Below, one piece after another: positions 46,584 through 59,946 of a DNA stretch of 64,000 nt. The notes beneath the pieces are model-generated. The model worked only from the letters and a program-made list of their open reading frames with translations, did not search any database and was not told the DNA's origin. Origin of the DNA: Eledone cirrhosa. Its lineage: Eukaryota. Position numbers and translations under genes: made by a program. How positions within the stretch are numbered: the stretch's first letter is position 1; the number at the start of each line of letters is the position of its first letter. The stretch is taken from contig OZ024741.1 of the NCBI GenBank assembly GCA_964016885.1, forward strand, positions 193,564,001-193,628,000. The letters run 5' to 3'.

Positions 46584-46712
46584 CTTTCAAAGAATTCTCT
46601 CTTCCTGGTTTGAAATATTCAGTGGTCCAGAAAGTCTCATGGTTGCGCTCTTTCAGGTGAAGTTTGTCAATTCGGTGCTTAAATATTTCTTTCACCATCT
46701 TCAATTGTGACC
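46584..46712 (-). CDS. DRC7: DRC7/CCDC135-like internal exon C (RSQLKMVKEIFKHRIDKLHLKERNHETFWTTEYFKPGRENSLK)
   Basis: T-rich tract then gtaaag|GG...AAAG|gtcagt, 129 nt, phase 1 to 1. YFKPG motif as in DRC7 'TDYFKPGHPQAL'. Confidence 0.88.
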
Positions 46713-46980
46713 CTTTACAAAAAAATTCAAATTCCTATTAGTATGTGTACATGCACACAAAATTGCAGTCAGCAAGGTTAGAGTTAACAATGAATATAGC
46801 ATACAAATAGAGGTCCACCACAGCTCAGTCCTCAGTCAACTAGACCATAACAGAGGAACTTAAGCAAAGTAAGGTATTTTGATTTTAGAACAAAGACTTT
46901 CATACACATGATTGTGTGTGTGTGTGTGTGTGAGTATATATATATATATATATATATACTGTAAATATATATATATATAT

Positions 46981-47144
46981 ACTGTAAATGTGGTTGGTGT
47001 TAGGAAGGGCATCCAACTGTAGAAAACCTGCCAGACAGTCCTATGCGAGCAAGACAATCACTCTTGCCTCAAGTGGGAAAACCCCCGTCCAAACCCATGC
47101 AAGCGTGGAACACGGACATTAAACGATGATGATGATGATGATGA

Positions 47145-47147
<3 letters not shown>
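46981..47147 (+). mobile_element. Solo RTE 3'UTR end
   Basis: Matches 2166-2330. Confidence 0.85.
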
Positions 47148-47204
<57 letters not shown>

Positions 47205-47427
47205 GTATATATATGTAATATTAATGGATCTGTTTTATGTATAATCAAGCATAAAAACAGACACCCAGGCATTAACCGACTGTGCACTCAATGCACGTGG
47301 GATATAAATTTTATTTTACAATGAAAAGGTTGCCTGTACTCAGCTTCCTCCATCTAGAGTGCTGCCAGGCAATCCCAGTATTTTGCATTCATTTGCATTA
47401 TATAAGGAATTAGTGAAGGGTATGAGC

Positions 47428-47930
47428 AATAATTGTTTCTACTTTTGGCACAAGGCCAGCAATTATCCCAGTGTATTACTGGTACTTTATTTTATCGACC
47501 CCGTAAGGATGAAAGGCAAAGTTAACCTCGGCAGGATTTGAACTCAGAATGGCAAGGGCCGTAACTCTACGCATCAAAGCATGGCGTCTTGACCCTCTAC
47601 CGATACTGCCAATCCATCGCCCTTAATAATTGTTTCTACTTTTGGCATAAGGCCAGCAATTATCCCAGTGTATTACTGGTACTTTATTTTATCGACCCCG
47701 TAAGGATGAAAGGCAAAGTTAACCTCTGCAGGATTTGAACTCAGAATGGCAAGGGCCGTAACTCAATGCGTCAAAGCATGGCGTCTTGACCCTCTACCGA
47801 TACTGCCAATCCATCGCCCTTAATAATTGTTTCTACTTTTGGCATAAGGCCAGCAATTATCCCAGTGTATTACTGGTACTTTATTTTATCGACCCTGTAA
47901 GGATGAAAGGCAAAGTTAACCTCAGCGGGA
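47428..47930 (-). mobile_element. Head-to-tail array of SINE family 2 (about 2.5 units, 197-bp period)
   Basis: AATAATTGTTTCTACTTTTGGC at about 47428, 47625 and 47822. Confidence 0.9.
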
Positions 47931-48134
47931 TATGAGCAATAATGATCTTGAAGTGGCTCTGGGTGTCAATGAGGATGATCTGAGCAGATTCTTCTGAACG
48001 TCTTTCAGGTTAGGGATTATAGACAATCTCCAAAAAGCTTTAGCAAGATAATACTACAAGGAGGCAAGATCTACAGGCAAGGAGGTGCCAATAACCAAAC
48101 CTATCCAAGATTCATGCAGAATGACAAAGCCATC

Positions 48135-48608
48135 CATCATCATCATCATCATCATCATCATCGTTTAACGTCCGTGTTCCACGCTTGCATGGGTTTGGAC
48201 GGGAGTTTTCCCACTTGAGGCAAGAGTGGTTGTCTTGCTCGCATAGGACTGTCTGGCGGGTTTTCTACAGTTGGATGCCCTTCCTAACACCAACCACATT
48301 TACAGTGTGGGACTGGGACGTTTTTACCGTGTTGCCTACACGGTCACATTACAGCGTGGACTGTCTGGCAGGTTTTCTACAGCTGGATGCCCTTCCTAAC
48401 ACCAACCACATTTACAGTGTGGGACTGGGACATTTTTACCGTGTTGCCTACACGGTCACATTACAGCGTGGACTGTGTGTTTTTTTTTTCGGGATACCTA
48501 CACGATCTCATTTGTTTCGGCCTGGATTTTGTGGCACCAACATAAATTTACATTGAAAGGGGCGGTGTGGATGGGGTGGGGGTGGTGGGACGGGAGTGTA
48601 TTTTGTAC
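48135..48608 (-). mobile_element. Solo RTE 3'UTR with a ~110-bp internal duplication
   Basis: GGACTGTCTGGC..GGATGCCCTTCCTAACACC..ACAGCGT occurs twice. Confidence 0.85.
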
Positions 48609-49589
48609 ACTATCACCCTGGGTTTAGTCCCCTATACACTATCACCCAGGATCCATGCATTGCAGATTTGAGAGCTACTATCATGTGTGAGCCAGATCAA
48701 GCTATAAGCTGAGTCTATAGTAAACATCAAACCACTAGCATCCTTTAAAAGAAAGTGCAACAAGTCCTCCTCTGTATAGTAGCTATGGGGGAAAATAACT
48801 GTATGGTGGACACGTCTAAAAGGCTTGAGGACAGGAATTTTCCTTTCTGACCATGTCCTCATCAACTTTTTCAACTTTTTCATTTTAGTGAGTTTCATGA
48901 AAAGTGGGTGAGAGCAGCTAGATTGATGAGGCTGAATAGGCCTACTTTGACTGTGCTTTTCTAAGCAAGAGGAAATATATGAATACAAAGAGAAGGAACT
49001 TTCAATGCCCTTGATGTGACAAAATATGCCAAGATTTTTTTTTAGGAGTGGGGGATTGGATTACTCCAGGGAGCCATCTTCTATTAGGGAACTTTTCTTC
49101 AATTATAATTTTGTATAATTATCTGGTCTCTGCAAACCAAGAGAAAGACAGCCTGTCTAGGAGAGCAGTCACTCCAAACAAATAAAACTGCATTGGGTAG
49201 ATGTGGGCTCCGTAAGCCACAGAGAAGGCTGCTCATCTAGGAGAGCAGTTACTCTGAACGAATAAGACTGCACGGTGTGGAGAGAACTCCTCAGTCTGGT
49301 CAGACAACCTCTCTAGTGCCAGTAGCATGAAGAATGCTATAAAGTGATTAGTGATAGAAAGGGCATCTAACCAAAAATCTTTGCCAAAAAAACTATGACC
49401 TACACAAAATATATGTTTCACACCAACTGCAAAAACAGGACTAACACTTGTCATGTTAGTGCTGCACATGATAGAAGGGTGGCTAACTAGTCATGTTTGA
49501 GAACTCCTCAACTGTTCTTAAACAATCACACTCCCATATTCCCTTTCTGATACAGAGAGAGACTACTACAAGAGGACAGCCTAACACCA

Positions 49590-52028
49590 CTGTCAGATAA
49601 CACATCTTAGGGCTGCAAATCTCAATGTGGGCACGCTAAAGGGAGATCAGGAGAAACTGTTGAAATACTCGAGAGAAGGCAAGTGGATATATACTGTGTT
49701 CAAGAAGTAAGATGGAAAAGCACCTCTGTAAAACTTCTCACAAGTAAATTATGCAGATACAAGCTTTTCTGAGTAAGGAATGATGACAGAGTAGGTAAGG
49801 TAGGTATTCTACTAGCTGAGAAGGGGATAGATAAGGTAATAGAGATAGTTAGAGTAAGCAACAGAATTATCAAACTCAGAATAGTTATAGGCAATAGGAT
49901 ATTGACAATTATCTACACTACAACTTTTACAGACAATCTCCAATACAGATGACAGAGACCTCATTCTCCTAACAAATGACTTCAACAGGCATGTTGAATA
50001 GCGCCAGGATGGATAAACTGGGGTACATGGTGGATATGGTTATGGCTTGAGAAATTAAAAGGGAGAGAGATTCCTAATATTCTGTGATGCAAATGAACTG
50101 ACTATTTGAAACACTAATTTCAAGAAACCAGCCAGTCAACTGATCACCTATCAATTAGGCAAACACACAAGCCTGATTGACGTTTTACTTGTTAAAAACA
50201 TGGCAGGCAGATGATTATGAACACTAAGTCCATCCCCAGAGAAGAATGCACCACACAACATAAATTAAGTACTAGTGATATCAGAATAAGCACAAACTGG
50301 GACAAGACACACAGGAAAATATGGAGAAGAAGAATATGGAAGCTAAAGGACATGATTGTTAAATATAGGTTTAGGAAAACTCTACATGATGAATATAACA
50401 AGAGGGAGGAGTCAGATATACATGACATAGAGGATAATTGGAAGTTTCTATGAGACAACCTAGTTCAGGCTACTGGGGAAACATGTGGCTGAAGTAAAGC
50501 TCCAGCAAGACAACAGGTGACCTGGTGGTAGAACAATACAGTGGATAGAGCCATTAAAGAAATGAGGATGGTGTGAAAAGACTGGAGGAATGAGAGCAAT
50601 AAAGGAGTAATATCAAGGAGCTAAAAGAAAAGCTAGATGACAGACATACATGACAAACAAAGAAGTTGAAAGCATGATATTTGCCAATGTCTTGAGATTA
50701 GAGGGTCAGAGATGTGAGGTGTCCCACACCACTAAGAAGTGTGTCTGTGATAACCAGGATGTTGTTGAGGAAAATGTGTATGAAATGACACTGGTGCACA
50801 CAGCGTCATGGAGGCCCAAAAGAAAGAGGCTTGGAAAGGCTATTACAAGAGGTTAATGAATATGAAAAATGAGTGGGAGGAAGAAAGACTGCCTCCAGCT
50901 AACCCAACAGAGGGACCAACTATTGAAATTGACAGTTATAGGAAGCAATCAAGGAGATAAAAAATGGTAAGGCTGCCAGGCCATCAGAAATAGTCACTGA
51001 GATGCTGAAATTTTGGGGGGATGTAGGAGTTAAACTAATTACCCATATAATCAATCAGGTAGTTTAAGACTGTGTCATACCTAATGAATGGTATAATAGT
51101 ATACTCATCAACACAGGAAAAACTGATGCACTAGAAAGGAGCAATTACGAGAGCATAAAATTTATGTACTAAGTAATGAAAGTGACAGAAAGAGTTTTAG
51201 CACAACTAATTAGGAAAAGAGTCAAACTAGAGGAGATGCAATTCAGTTTTGTGTCAGGGAGAAGTACTACATGTGGCCTCTTCTTAGTAAGACAATTGAA
51301 AGAGAAGTTCCTATCTAAGAATAAACCACTGTATTGAGTTGTTTTTTTATCTAGAGAAGGCTTTTGGCAGAGTACTCAATCTGTCATTTGGTGATCATTA
51401 AAAATACTAGGCAAAGAAGAATGGCTCTTAAGAGCAGTGCAAGCCATGTATAGAGGAGCTGTTAGTAAGGTGAGAGAAGGCAATGAGTTTAGTAAGGAAT
51501 TCAATGTGTAAGTAGGTGTTCATCATGGCTCCATCCTGTTTATCATAGTTCTACAGGCCATAACAAGAGCTTCTGTATGCTGATGACTTGGTTCTAATAG
51601 CCCAATCTGTAGAAGAACTAGAAAAGAAATTCCAGCTTTGAAAACAGAACTTAGAATCAAAAGGGCTTATAATAAACTTGATAAAAACTAAAGTTCTGGT
51701 ATGCAGGAAAAAAGACAAGACCCTGATCACATCAGGAAAGTGGTCCTGCTCATTTTGTAAAAAAGACGTGGGTAGTAACTCTATACAACGTACACAATGT
51801 CAATCTTGGATACACAAGAGGAGTAGTGATATAGCAGGTAGACTAACAGAAAAGGTAAACTTTGTATGTAGCAGATGCACAGGAATAGTTAGTAAGAACA
51901 CAAATTAAATAAATGCTTTCCAATCCCAGGAAGGCTCCATACAAGTCGTTGATAGCTTCTGTGACCTAGGTGATAAAATTAGTAGGAGAGATGGTTGCAC
52001 TGAAAGCATAATAACTAGGATAAGAAGA
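49590..52028 (+). mobile_element. Old, heavily mutated RTE LINE
   Basis: LRAANLNVGTLKG, TKSIPREECTTQH, LYADDL, GKWSCSFCKKDVGSNSI..WIHKR. Many stops. Confidence 0.88.
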
Positions 52029-52042
52029 TAGCAATCACTTAC

Positions 52043-52171
52043 TTTCATAGTCATTATAGATAGAAATCCTTACAACCAATCCATCTGGCATTTTATAATC
52101 TGCAAACTGCTCTAGTTTTGCCTTCTTGTATAGAATCTCTTTCTTACCATTTGGGAAACGCATCTGAAATT
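52043..52171 (-). CDS. DRC7: DRC7/CCDC135-like internal exon B (EFQMRFPNGKKEILYKKAKLEQFADYKMPDGLVVRISIYNDYE)
   Basis: ttgaag|AA...GAAA|gtaagt, 129 nt, phase 1 to 1, no stops. Resembles DRC7 'RCPNGKKVIQYKRAKLEKWAPY..GLVSRL..YED'. Confidence 0.9.
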
Positions 52172-52244
52172 CTTCAACAAACGATTAGTCTTAGAGAGGT
52201 CAGTGTTACTGTTATTGTTGTTGTTGTTGTTGTTATTACTGTTT

Positions 52245-52560
52245 TTGTAGCTTATGGTTAAGGTTTTTGGCTCACAATTGTAAGGTCATGATTTTGATGC
52301 CTTGCAGCATATTCTGTCCTTGAGCAAGATGCTTTATTTTACAATGTACCAGGGAGGCAGCTAGCAAAAATGAGTTGTAACTGATATTGAAAGAGCCAGC
52401 TTTGTCATTTGCTATGTCATGCTGAATGTCCCTGAGAATTACATTAAATATGTATATGTCTGTGGAATGCTTAACTACTTGTACAATAATTTCACAAGCA
52501 GGCTATTCCATTGTTCAAACAACTTGAACATTCATTGCTGGAACTGATGGAGAGCCAACA
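52245..52560 (+). mobile_element. Old SINE family 1-like copy with a different tail
   Basis: TGTCCTTGAGCAAGATGCTTTATTTTACAATG core remnant. Confidence 0.55.
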
Positions 52561-52906
52561 CACACAATACTATTTTTGTTGTTTTATTTATGTTTATTGT
52601 TATAGTTACTGTTGTTGTTACAAATGTTTGGCTTTTTTTCAGTTGTTCTTGTCACTGTTACTATTGTAGTAGCTGCAATTGTTGTTGTTGGCATTGTTGT
52701 AAATCATAGCCAATATTAGAAGTGATGATTTGAAACAGAAAATAGCCACAACTTCACAGATAGGACACAAAGTAAATATATATTGTTTCTTTGGTAACTA
52801 CTATACTATTTTCACAAATGATGTACTCTACATTTGTCATGAACCTCATGAAAGATTTGACACAGGACTGAGTTTATTTCCAGTAAGGGTGTTTAAATTT
52901 ACTCAC

Positions 52907-52982
52907 CAGTGAGAGTCAATTCCAAAGGCAAAACCCATGAAGGTGGCATGTCCAAGTATTTTTCAAAATCTTTTTCAATGTC
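52907..52982 (-). CDS. DRC7: DRC7/CCDC135-like internal exon A (DIEKDFEKYLDMPPSWVLPLELTLT)
   Basis: Minus strand tttaag|GAC...CTG|gtgagt, 76 nt, phase 0 to 1. The DMPPSWV motif resembles DRC7 'DMPHSWVEQIEIS' as I recall it. Splices in frame to the next four exons. Confidence 0.85.
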
Positions 52983-53278
52983 CTTAAATGAAGATAAATA
53001 GAAGAATTTTTTTTTTATTTTTAAAGTTTCAAGACAATCACCATATTGTCCATTATGTTGACAATAACAATAACCTCATATATTGACAGATAACCATAGA
53101 CTCAAGTGAAAAGAGCATAAACCATTGTATAATCTGTCCTCGGTACATAACTCACAATAATCGCATTGAGCCTCAAGCAGATAAAATAGTAAAGTCAACC
53201 TCTGCAACATTTGCACATGGAATGAAGAGGTAATAAACTCAAAACATTTAACTTTAAAACATCAGACACCCCAGGCCA

Positions 53279-53385
53279 ACATTACAGTACTGCACCCACA
53301 TTAAGGATGGCACTGATGTTACATAGTCATCCCAAACTGACATTACAGTACTGCACCCACATTAAGGATGGCACTGATGTTACAC
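53279..53385. repeat. ~61-bp tandem duplication
   Basis: ACATTACAGTACTGCACCCACATTAAGGATGGCACTGATGTTACA occurs twice. Confidence 0.9.
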
Positions 53386-54437
53386 ACAAACATCCTAGAC
53401 CACACACAAAAATAGCCCACTCCAGACACTGGGCTACAGACATACCTTTTTCCCTTTCCCTACATTTTCTACAGGTGATATGGGAGTAGTAGTGGATGAT
53501 AGGACTGATGGGGAATGTGTAATGATAGATGAAGATGGTGACACATTTAGCTTTTCAGGGATTTTGAAGTTCATTTCATACAAATTTGTTGCTTTTGATG
53601 CTCAGGGACAGGTGTTCACAGGAGTTAGAGAAATCAATTCTGTATGACAGACATCATTCGACTGACATTAAAGCTGTGACCAGCTCATCATTTTTGAGAC
53701 ATATTCACTATCATTAGCATCACCATCATCATCATTTAACATCTACTTTCCCTGCAAACCAAGTCAGTACTGAAGCAGGGCTACTGACCGTCCAGACTGG
53801 CTGGAGGAAGGAGTCTGTATCTCACTTATGTATGGTCTTTGTTCTATCAAATGCACATGAGAGATTGTCATGTCTTTGACACAACTGAAGGGTCCTCCCA
53901 ACCCATTGTTTGGCAAGCTTTCTATGGCTGGGTGCCATTCCTATCACCATTTATGAATACTTTCTCTGATATATTGTTCCATTTTAAAATGGCAGGGTAA
54001 TATTTAAAGAAGATTTGGCTGTCAGTTGTAGCAAAGCGAGACTCTGGAAATGCATTTTCATTGGCTCATAATAGTAGTGTTGAGTGAATGATGGTGACGG
54101 TGATTAAGGGGAGGAGGTGTTTAGCCACATGTCAGTCATATCATCAAATATGGGTTGTGATCATCTGGTCTTTTTTTGTATAAAGTGAACCCAGGAACAT
54201 GTTATCCATTATCTGTGTCCTTATCTAAATTAGTGGGTGGTGGGATTTGAAGGAGATTTGACTGCTATTTTTGAAAGTCAAGTGACCACATAGAGGCTCT
54301 CAAAGTGCCTGGTGATGGTGGTGGTGGTGGTAGTAGTGGTAGTAGTGACAATAGGAGTGGTTATGTTGGTGGCAATGGTGATGGTAGTGGTGGAAAGTAG
54401 TGGTGAACAGAGTAATCTACGGCATATGTGTATGTGT

Positions 54438-57400
54438 CATCATCATCACAATTTTACGTCCATTCTTCCACGCTAGCATGGGTTAAACGGGTTGTCCCGT
54501 TGTGGGCAGTGCCCAGTCGGCTGAACATGTCTTGCTCATATGGGAACTTATTCTGGCTTGATTTCTACAGCTGGATGCCCTTCCTAACACCAACCTCATT
54601 TACAGTGAGTGTTGGGTGCTTTTTTTCCCGTGGCGCCTACACATCCACTTTACAGTGTGGGCTGGGTGCTTTTTTGCCATGGCACCTCCACGACCACTTT
54701 GCAGTGGGAGGGGTGGAGGTATATTGTCTATATGCTTCAGCTTCGGCTTGTACCCATGGGGAGTTGGGTCTTCTGTATTACTGCGTGACGCCAGAGGTCA
54801 CGGTTGTGTTCCATTGCTTTTGAGGGGTGCAATTGGGTAAGGTCGGCTTTTATCACCTCATCCCAGATCTTCTTGGATCTCCCCACTCCGCGTCTTCCAT
54901 CGACTTCTAGTGCTCTGCACCTTTTTATGCAGCTGTCATGCTTCATACGCATCACATGACCATACCAACGCAAGCTGCTCTCCTGCGTACAGCATTTGAT
55001 TCCTCTTATGCTCAGTCTCTCTCCCAATCGTTTATGCTTTGCTGTTCGCATATATTACCATTACTCATCTATTGTAGCATGCAGGCTTTGTTTCTTTCTA
55101 ATCTATGTAAGTCTTCTTCCTTCAGCGCCCAGGTCTCACTACCATGTAACATTGCTGTTCGTATACACACATCATACAGTCTACCTTTCATTTTGAGGGA
55201 AAAGCCTTTTGCAGCTAGCAGTGGCAGTAGCTCCCTGAACTTCTTCCATCCCGTTCTTACCCTATTTACTGTACTTTCCGAACGCCCACCTCCGCTGCTA
55301 ATTCGGTCACCTAGGTAGCAGAAGCTGTCTACTGTTTCTACAGAGCCCTCCCAGAGTTTGGTGGTGCTTGTTTCCTGTGGCTGTTTGCTGTTTGCTGTCC
55401 CAGCGCAGCTGCTACATGTGAAGCCTACATTCTCAGTTAAGCTTCTTGAGATCCCACTACATCTCTTGTGTACCCATTACTACCTACACCTTTCCTACAT
55501 ACTGAGCAAGGCCATTTCCCTGAGGGGATCTGGGTTCTGTTTTCTCATCTACTTACAAGGACCTTAGTCTTTGTCAGGTTGACTTTGAGACCCTTTCTTT
55601 CTAGTCCCTGCTTCCATGTTTGGAATTTCTTCTCTAGTTCTACCATAGATTCAGCTATAAGTGCGAGGTCATCTGCATACAGGAGTTCCCATGGGATCCG
55701 GTCTTAAACTCCTCTGTTATTGCCTGCAAAACTATGATGAACAGGAGAGGGCTAAGAACAGAGCCCTGGTGGACACCAACCTCACGCTAAATTCCTCGCT
55801 ATAGTCATTGCTAACCCTAACTTTACTGACTGCTCCTCTATACATGGCTTGTACAGCTTTCATAAGCCATTCATCTACTCCTAGTTTTCTAAGAGCCCAT
55901 CAGATTATAGCATAGGAGACTCTCTCAAAGGCTTTCTCCAGATCAACGAATGCCAAGTAGAGTGGCTTACTTTTAGCTAGGTACTTTTCCTGTAACTGCT
56001 TCACAAAGAAGAGGGCATCAGTGGTGCCTTTTCCTGGCACAAACCCAAATCGCATCTCATCTAGTTTCACCCGGTCCCTAATCAACTGTGCTATAACTCT
56101 TTCCATTGCTTTCATGACCTGGTCCATCAGCTTTATACCTCTATAGTTTCCTCTATCTAGTGCATCACCTTTACCCTTGTAGCAGCTGACAATGATGATG
56201 CTGCACCAATCCTTTGGTATGATACCCTCTAGTATTACCTGGTTAACAATACGTGTGGTTATGGTGTGACCTACCAACCCAGATGCCTTCAGCATCTCTG
56301 CAGCTATACCCAATGGACTGGTTGCCTTCCCCATCTTCATATATTTGATTGCCTTACTTACTACGCTGCTGCCAACTTGTACTGCTGGCCCCTCTATAGG
56401 GTCTGCTTGGGGTAGGGTCTCTTTTTCCCATGCATTCTCCTCGTTTAGTAATCTTTCATAATGGCTCTTCCATGCATCTTTCTTCTCACCACTTGTGAGG
56501 GCAAGCTCACCTTTATCATTCTGGATACACTTCTCTCCAATGACATCACAATTCTCTTTGACACACTGCCTCACAATCTTGAACACTTCCTGTTTCTGGT
56601 CCTCACATTACAAAACATGCTTGAATTTTCTATCCTCCGTTTCCCTTCTAGCTATGTATACTTATCATCTAGCTTCCCTCCTGGTCTCTATGTAATGTAT
56701 CCTGCTTCCCCCATTCTTCCATTCTTTCCATGCCTGTCTCTTAACCTTAACTGCCTCATCTACCTTATTGCTCCACCACCAAGTCACTCTCCTCTTGGCT
56801 GTGGTCTTGCTCCAACCACAGATCTTGTCCGTCGCCTTTAGTAAGTTATTTTTTAGGAACTCCCAGTGCTCTTCTACATTGAATGTCTCTATCTGTTCTT
56901 CTTTACTGTCGTAGGCGATGAGTAAAATATCTTTACATCTGTTACTGGCTAAGGGTTCTTTCAGCTTCCAGATCTTTCTTCTCCAGGTTAGCTTCTGTTT
57001 CCAAGTTCGTCTAGTTCTGACAGTGAGGTCACTGACAACTAAGTTATGTTGGGAGGTACATTCCTCACTAGGGAAGGCTTTTGTGTTTACGACCGTCCAT
57101 CTATATCATGTCCTCTGATAAGGATAAAATCTATCTGACTAGAATGCTCCCCTGATCTATAGGTGATCAGATGGTTGTCGGGTTTTTTGAAGTTTGTGTT
57201 ACATATCGACATATCATTGGCATCGCAGAATTCTAGAAGCCTGAAGCCTTCTTCATTTCTTGTGCCAAACCCGTAGCCTCCATGGACTCTATAGAAGCCG
57301 TCACAGTGTTTACCTACGTGTCCGTTAAAATCTCCTGCAATGATTAGGAAGTCATTGTCCTTTGTTAGGGCAGTAGTGTGCATTAGGGACTCATAAAACC

Positions 57401-58346
57401 TATCCTTAAGTTCGTCTGGCAACCCCGATTGGGGTGCATAAGCCGATATTATTGTGGCAATTGTTTTATTCAGGACTAGTCTGAGTTTAATGATTCTTGC
57501 GTTCACCCTGTTCCCTGAGATTACCTTATCAACCAATTTGTCAGCTAATAGTATACTTACACCTCCTATCCCATTGTCATTTCCCACCCAGAAAAATTTG
57601 TAGCACTGACTTTTGCCTACAAGGACTCTAGCAGACTCTCCTCTCCATCTAGTCTCTTGCACACAGCATACATCGATTTCCTTTCGCTCTAGCATCTCTA
57701 AAATTTCTCCTGCTCTTCCTTTCAACCTTACTTACATTGATGGTTCCAACTCGGAGTTTTGGGCATTTGCCAACATTCGTGGGAAAGGGTAAATTTTTGC
57801 GGGGGTGTGTGTATGCTTCCTGTCTCTGAATTAAAGCTTCGCATGGGTGCTTGGTAACTCGCGGATTCATATTCATTTATTAATTTGGGGTTGCTCCTTT
57901 TATCCTCAGGTCATCCATACATAACGGTAAAAGAATTCAGGGCTAGAAGAACGGTAGTAGTAATAATGGCAGGGTTTGTTGGGGCTGGTAAGGACTATAA
58001 CAAAAGTAGTGGTAATAGTAGTAATGCCAAAGTTTACTGGGGTTGGTAAGGGGTGGGGAACATGCTGCTGAAGTTTGATTGGTCGAATAGGCTATGGTGG
58101 TGTGAGGGGGTGCGCAGGAGAGAAATTGAGAGGTAGGTAGCCATCATGGTGGCTTATATTATCCCAAGAGATTTGGGGGAAATAATCCAATACAAGTACG
58201 TATATTAGACAAGGCGAATATGTTAGGATTTCGAAGATGTTCATCTACCTTCGTAAACCTCGAAAAGAGAGACAGTCATAATAGCCAACGTAGGAAAAAC
58301 AAGGGTAGAGAATATATATGCGTTGTGAAGGCCAGCGAAATGATAA
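54438..58346 (-). mobile_element. Apparently full-length (~3.9 kb) frameshifted RTE LINE with 12-bp TSD
   Basis: 5' region, APE (VGTINV, CCVQETRW, ISAYAPQ, GDFNGHVG), RT and a 3'UTR like 17259-17560. ATGTGTATGTGT flanks both ends (54426-54437 and 58347-58358). Confidence 0.9.
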
Positions 58347-58364
58347 ATGTGTATGTGTTTATAT

Positions 58365-58686
58365 GGAGGCACATGGCTTAATGGTTAGAGCATTGGCCTT
58401 GCAATCGAAAGGTTGTGAGTTCAATTCTCAGACCAGGTGATGTGTTGTTTCCTTGAGCAAGACACTTTATTTCACATTGCTCCAGTTTACTCAGCTGTAG
58501 AAATGAGATGAGAGGGACTGGAGTCCCTATCATTCCACTGCAAAGTGGTCGTGGAGGTGCCACAGCAAAAAAGCACCCAGCACTCACTGTAAATGAAGTT
58601 GGTGTTAGGAAGGGCATCCAGCTGTAGAAATCAAGCCAGAATCAGTTCCCGTCCCACCCTTGCAAGCAGGGAAAAGTGGACGTAAA

Positions 58687-58736
<50 letters not shown>
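58365..58736 (+). mobile_element. SINE family 1 copy with long (GAT)n tail
   Basis: Full head, core and tail. Confidence 0.9.
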
Positions 58737-58737
<1 letters not shown>

Positions 58738-58949
58738 TTGGTGCCAGATGACCTATAGTCAGTGGTTTCTAATTAGATGGGTATCCAGGTAAAAACTCTC
58801 AGCAAAGACCCATCATACAAGATATAAACTGTCAACTTAGCCACATCATTTAACAATAAAGCATTTAACTGTGTGATATCTTTGATAATCATATCTGAAT
58901 ACACCAGCACCTGAACAACTCACACATCTAATTAACATCTCTATCACTC

Positions 58950-59463
58950 TGTGTGTGTGCATCTGTATGAGTATGTGAGTGTGTGTATGTTGGCATGCAC
59001 ATGTATGAGCATGTAAATTTGTATGCATGCCTCTGGTATGTGTGGATGTGTATATGAGCATGTAGATTCATGTATGGGCCTCTGTGTGTGTGTGTGTGTG
59101 TGTGCGTGCGTGTGTGTTGTCATGAATGTGTATGAGCATATAGATTTGTATGTGTGTGTTGTCATGAATGTGTATGAGCATGTAGATTTGTATGTGTGTG
59201 TTGTCATGTGTGTGTATGAGCCTGAAGATTTGTATGTGTGTGTTGTCATGAGTGTGTATGAGCATGTAGATTTGTATGTGTATCTGTATAGGCGTGTGTG
59301 TTGTCATGTGTGTGTATGAGCCTGTAGATTTGTATGTGTGTGTTGTCATGTGTGTGTATGAGCCTGAAGATTTGTATGTGTATCTGTATAGGCGTGTGTG
59401 TTGTCATGTGTGTGTATGAGCCTGTAGATTTGTATGTGTGCCTGTATAGGCGTGTGTGTTGTC
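58950..59463. repeat. ~42-bp GT-rich minisatellite
   Basis: Variants of GTGTGTGTTGTCATGAATGTGTATGAGCATGTAGATTTGTAT. Confidence 0.9.
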
Positions 59464-59589
59464 TATAGAATACTCGGTCACATTTCAATATGATGAGTAG
59501 GTAGTATGTTATATATTGTATAATTTATAGTAAAGATACAATATCAGCTTCATATAATAAACAAGTGGTTCAGATTGAGGAACTGGAAT

Positions 59590-59770
59590 AATCATCATCA
59601 TCATTATCATCATCAACAACAACAACATCCCCATCACCTACATCATCATCATCAACATCCACATCATTATCATCACCATCGTCATCTTTCACATCATCAT
59701 CAACATCATCATCATCATCATCATCATCAACATCATCATCATCATCAACATCATCATCATCATCACCATT
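59590..59770. repeat. (CAT)n/(CAA)n microsatellite
   Basis: Seen directly; source of the poly-His and poly-Asp ORFs. Confidence 0.95.
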
Positions 59771-59946
59771 CATGTCATGCACAGTAAATATGATAATTAT
59801 TGGATCTTCTATCATCTGTTGAGTCTCAACAAGGCCCTTAAACAGACTACTTTTTGATGTATATGTGCAGTGCCCAACATGGCAGTCTTTGTAGAACAAT
59901 TTCTGATTTGAAGTTTATTTGCTCAAAATATCTTCTCAGTTTTAGT

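Noticed and set aside
59570-59899. Poly-Asp and poly-His ORFs
   Set aside because: (CAT)n microsatellite with no splice or homology support.
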